A stretch of 64,000 bases of DNA from Barthelona sp. PCE (Eukaryota): the NCBI GenBank assembly GCA_040285745.1, contig JAUFOR010000008.1, positions 248,001-312,000 on the forward strand, given 5' to 3'. This document shows, piece after piece, positions 60,576 to 64,000 of this stretch. Every line of letters begins with the position of its first letter. The stretch's first letter is position 1. The translations under genes and the position numbers were made by a program. The notes under the pieces are model-generated. The model saw nothing but the letters and a program-made list of their open reading frames with translations. It had not been told where the DNA came from and made no database searches.

Positions 60576-63500
60576 TTACATCATTTCGATACCATACAAA
60601 TCGTTGTCAAAGTGTGATTGACCAGCACTATACTTCTGATCGACGTTACGAACAATACGATGTATTATATACACTAGAATAAGACCAATACCCATAGAAT
60701 ACAAAACAAGAGACTTGAATTGACTCCCTGACAACACATATACAAAACAATCGTATCCAAATCGTGTTAGGAAGTATAATCCAAAAATTGACAGTGCAGC
60801 GCTGTTAATGAATTTTGATTGGAATGGCTGAGCCCAATAGATATATATTGCATAGCATATGAAGTATGCGGCGGTGAAGTAAGTTCCCCCAGCACCATAT
60901 AAACGAGTGTATAGATCAACAAAAATTCGCAAAAACAACCAGATGAAATCAATGAATAGATGACCTTGTTCATATCCTTTAGTATATAATCCAATGAAAT
61001 ATTGAGACTTGAAAAACCCTGAGCGTATGGGAAGCACAATAATATTAATACATAAAACGGCAATATTAATAAACATTTGCACTAATGATATTTTTGATTC
61101 TGAAAGAGAAAAGCCAGTAATATAAACAAAATCAACAAAAACGTGTAAGCTTGCAGTTAGAATCCATGGATAAAAGACAACAACTAAAAGAAAAAAGATT
61201 TTTTTGATTAGTAATGATCTTGTAAAAAATTCTTTCCAATATTCTTTAGAATTCTTGATTTTTATGAACGGAGTCAGAATAAACACAAAAGGGGCAAGGA
61301 ACCAACGGGTTACACTGGCCATTCGCAAACCATGATAAACCCAATAAATGACAGGGATAACAGCACATGCAATAGCAATATAAAAAATCAAAAAAGCACC
61401 TGTGAAAGTATACACAATGAACATGATTATTGATATAATTGCCCCTGTGATTGTTAATCCAGCAAATAAATCTTGGAAGAAGAAAATCATAAGAATTATG
61501 ATGAAAATACTATTAACAATGATTGCTAATGCATTGAAGTGAACGAAGCTACTCGTATTCATATCACCACCAAATATACATGAAGCTACTGTCATGATTG
61601 ATGGGAAAAGGCTACCTGCTTTATCAATATCACTGAAAAGAACTATTATACCTGGGAGAACATTGTTAAAAACCTTGAAAAGTACGGTTAGATGGTTAAA
61701 AATATCATGATCCAAAACATCATCATCTTTAATCCTAAAGATCTTAGTCCACGGTAGTTTGAAGCCGAGATGAAAGTATTTAAACAAAACAACAGCAATT
61801 AATATGTACCCAACCAGCCAGATTGAACTTTCCAACATACCAGGGCACGTGTAACACATAGCACTATAAATAGCAGGACGCATTATGGCACCAGTATTAT
61901 AGTCTTTTTCTTCGCATAATATACATTCCTTGCCATATCTGTTCATCAGACAACCGTTTATACTACGGACAGGAATGATGTTAGTTTCTTCGTTCCGTTT
62001 ATAGTTATAATAATCCCATAACCCCTTCTTACTAAACCCAGGGAAGAATGCCTCAACATATTTCATAGGCAGTGCAGTCATGCCTGACATTGTTGTACCG
62101 TCGCAGAAGGATGAATAAGCGCATACTTTAATGGATTTCATTACTGTATCAGCTTGGTAGGCCAAACTAAAATTCATTAATGACCCTGGTGTTAAATAGT
62201 ACTCTCCTTTAAAAAATGTTGTACTGTCAACGCACTGAAACGCAAATCCCTTTTCTTGCACAAAAATCTGAGTTAAAGGGTCGCACATAGAGCAAAAGTG
62301 TGAATTATCTCGGTTACTGTAAAAGAAAGAACATTTTGGAACAATTGGAATAGTAAAATTGTGTTTCATATACTGTACTTGAACATTGGTGTAGGTGACA
62401 GCAACTGGGTTTGTAGCAACTATGTACCAATACTTTTCTTTAATCATGTTCAAGTACAAAAACATTGGTTCAATTTGTAAACATGTGGAGTAGTCATACT
62501 CACGATAGGGCTTTGGTAACAAACATGATTCATGCTGTTTTGCTATTACCGTCCAGTCCTTATCATCAATATTCACTAGCGTGACTGCATTGTCATAGTT
62601 AATGGGAAACGATGTTTCACATCCTGTGCTATGTATTTGTGCAAGTTTTGAAGTGATTGATAAATTTGGGCTGTTTGTTACATGAAGTTCACAATCTCCC
62701 AGCACTCTATTAACAGTAATATCTCCACTAACACCGTCCATAGAAAGAAGGCTGCCAGTTATACCAAACATAAGATGTGACATATTAATGCTTTCCATTG
62801 TGCAATTTTTTAGAAAAAGAGTAGTGTCCATTGAAGAAGCCCATGAAGAGATATGACTGTTCTTAAAGTAACTATCATCTACATGTATCACAAAATCACT
62901 CGTTTGGTTACCAAAGAAAAAAGGAATGTTGAAAAAACAGTCGATTACATTTAGTTGTTGAATTTCTACAAGACCCACAAAATCATAAACAAACAAAAAG
63001 TTAAGGGAGCAATTAACACGATACATATCGATATTGACAGCTTTTACGTCAAATGGTGATGTACTAGCAAAAACAGATATAATTTCACTGTCTCGTATAT
63101 ACAAAGCTTCGACATAAAAATTTGAATTCAGCGACATAAGCATAAAGTCATTAACGTTGATGAACGTATTATTGACCATATTGATATTTTGATTCGTTCC
63201 GATTAAAGTTGCAAAATATGCACTTTGCTCATGATAAAAATTTTCAAAATAATTATTTTTCACATTTCCCCTAATATTAATGCACGGAAGCATGTATGTT
63301 GGAACACACTTACTATCAGTGAATGTATTATCCGTGAATATATTACAAGCAATATTAAGCTCAGAATTCGAAATAATATTTCTTTCAAAATTATTAATTT
63401 GTATCAGTCCATCAGTTACATTAGTGAACGTTGAATCTGTTATAGAAACAACTGATTCAATATATACTCTACCAGAAAATTCCATCCCAATCAAATCTGA

Positions 63501-64000
63501 TCCAGAACCAAAAGCTTTAAATATTACATTTTTCATTGATGAACCGGATATTTGGTATTTTCCATAGAACCCAATGGTTATTTCTGTGAATTTTGTGTCT
63601 AAGATTGTCATATCATCAGATGCTATTGAATATCCACTGATGAATGAATTATCTAACACAGAAAATGTATTGGCCCATAACAAATATTTGTTTGTTATAC
63701 AGTTGAGTGTGGAATTTTGAATGGTTGCTATGTTGATTCCAAATGAATCTAAACAGCTAAGTTTGGAATCAATTAATGTAAAATCGGAATTGTTAGACGG
63801 TAGTTCCAAGTAATTGATTGAAGATGAAAAATATTCTGTATTGGCGTTCAAAATCGTTATTTGACCTGCTATAGATACGTTATTAAATCTAATAGTGAGG
63901 GATTTGTCTGCATCGATAATTATCTTAACTGACTTGACTTCGAACTTAAAATCATCCAGCTCACAGTATGAAGCCTCGTAAATTTTAACACGACACAATT
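60576..64000 (-). CDS. Large membrane protein, 5'-partial: N/S/I/F-rich beta-helix-like ectodomain, Cys-rich segment, multi-TM C-terminus
   Basis: ORF of at least 1140 aa open to the window edge; AT-rich; CxxC clusters followed by many hydrophobic helices. Confidence 0.8.
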   Translation of the reverse strand, partial: LCRVKIYEASYCELDDFKFEVKSVKIIIDADKSLTIRFNNVSIAGQITILNANTEYFSSSINYLELPSNNSDFTLIDSKLSCLDSFGINIATIQNSTLNCITNKYLLWANTFSVLDNSFISGYSIASDDMTILDTKFTEITIGFYGKYQISGSSMKNVIFKAFGSGSDLIGMEFSGRVYIESVVSITDSTFTNVTDGLIQINNFERNIISNSELNIACNIFTDNTFTDSKCVPTYMLPCINIRGNVKNNYFENFYHEQSAYFATLIGTNQNINMVNNTFINVNDFMLMSLNSNFYVEALYIRDSEIISVFASTSPFDVKAVNIDMYRVNCSLNFLFVYDFVGLVEIQQLNVIDCFFNIPFFFGNQTSDFVIHVDDSYFKNSHISSWASSMDTTLFLKNCTMESINMSHLMFGITGSLLSMDGVSGDITVNRVLGDCELHVTNSPNLSITSKLAQIHSTGCETSFPINYDNAVTLVNIDDKDWTVIAKQHESCLLPKPYREYDYSTCLQIEPMFLYLNMIKEKYWYIVATNPVAVTYTNVQVQYMKHNFTIPIVPKCSFFYSNRDNSHFCSMCDPLTQIFVQEKGFAFQCVDSTTFFKGEYYLTPGSLMNFSLAYQADTVMKSIKVCAYSSFCDGTTMSGMTALPMKYVEAFFPGFSKKGLWDYYNYKRNEETNIIPVRSINGCLMNRYGKECILCEEKDYNTGAIMRPAIYSAMCYTCPGMLESSIWLVGYILIAVVLFKYFHLGFKLPWTKIFRIKDDDVLDHDIFNHLTVLFKVFNNVLPGIIVLFSDIDKAGSLFPSIMTVASCIFGGDMNTSSFVHFNALAIIVNSIFIIILMIFFFQDLFAGLTITGAIISIIMFIVYTFTGAFLIFYIAIACAVIPVIYWVYHGLRMASVTRWFLAPFVFILTPFIKIKNSKEYWKEFFTRSLLIKKIFFLLVVVFYPWILTASLHVFVDFVYITGFSLSESKISLVQMFINIAVLCINIIVLPIRSGFFKSQYFIGLYTKGYEQGHLFIDFIWLFLRIFVDLYTRLYGAGGTYFTAAYFICYAIYIYWAQPFQSKFINSAALSIFGLYFLTRFGYDCFVYVLSGSQFKSLVLYSMGIGLILVYIIHRIVRNVDQKYSAGQSHFDNDLYGIEMM

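Overview
Gene-dense, almost intron-free eukaryotic nuclear DNA in the standard genetic code. There are about 34 protein genes with very short or overlapping spacers. An IQCG/DRC9-like gene suggests a flagellated organism; compaction and bacterial-type genes would fit an anaerobic protist such as a metamonad, but that is inference only. The window opens inside a ~420-bp tandem array (at least 7.3 copies). Each full unit carries a minus-strand tRNA-Ala(AGC)-like sequence with perfect D and anticodon arms that stops at G53, so it has no T-loop or B box, and is followed by a short trailer and T4. Housekeeping genes include two CDK-like kinases, site-1 protease, ITPK1, a HECT E3, M18 aminopeptidase, a retinoblastoma-like protein, PP2A-A, a TLK-like kinase, USP48, a P4-ATPase, ADAT2, AsnRS, TMX3-like, SAE1-like, RPP14-like, VPS26C, RPS14, Pol alpha and XRN1. 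Three genes look bacterial (YccF-like, YccU-like, YgeY-like), and two are paralogs of an unknown ~620-aa family. The main unexplained signals are the T-loop-less tRNA array and an unannotated ~280-460-nt rod-like structured RNA candidate at ~40980-41440. All protein calls come from motif recognition by eye; no database search was run.
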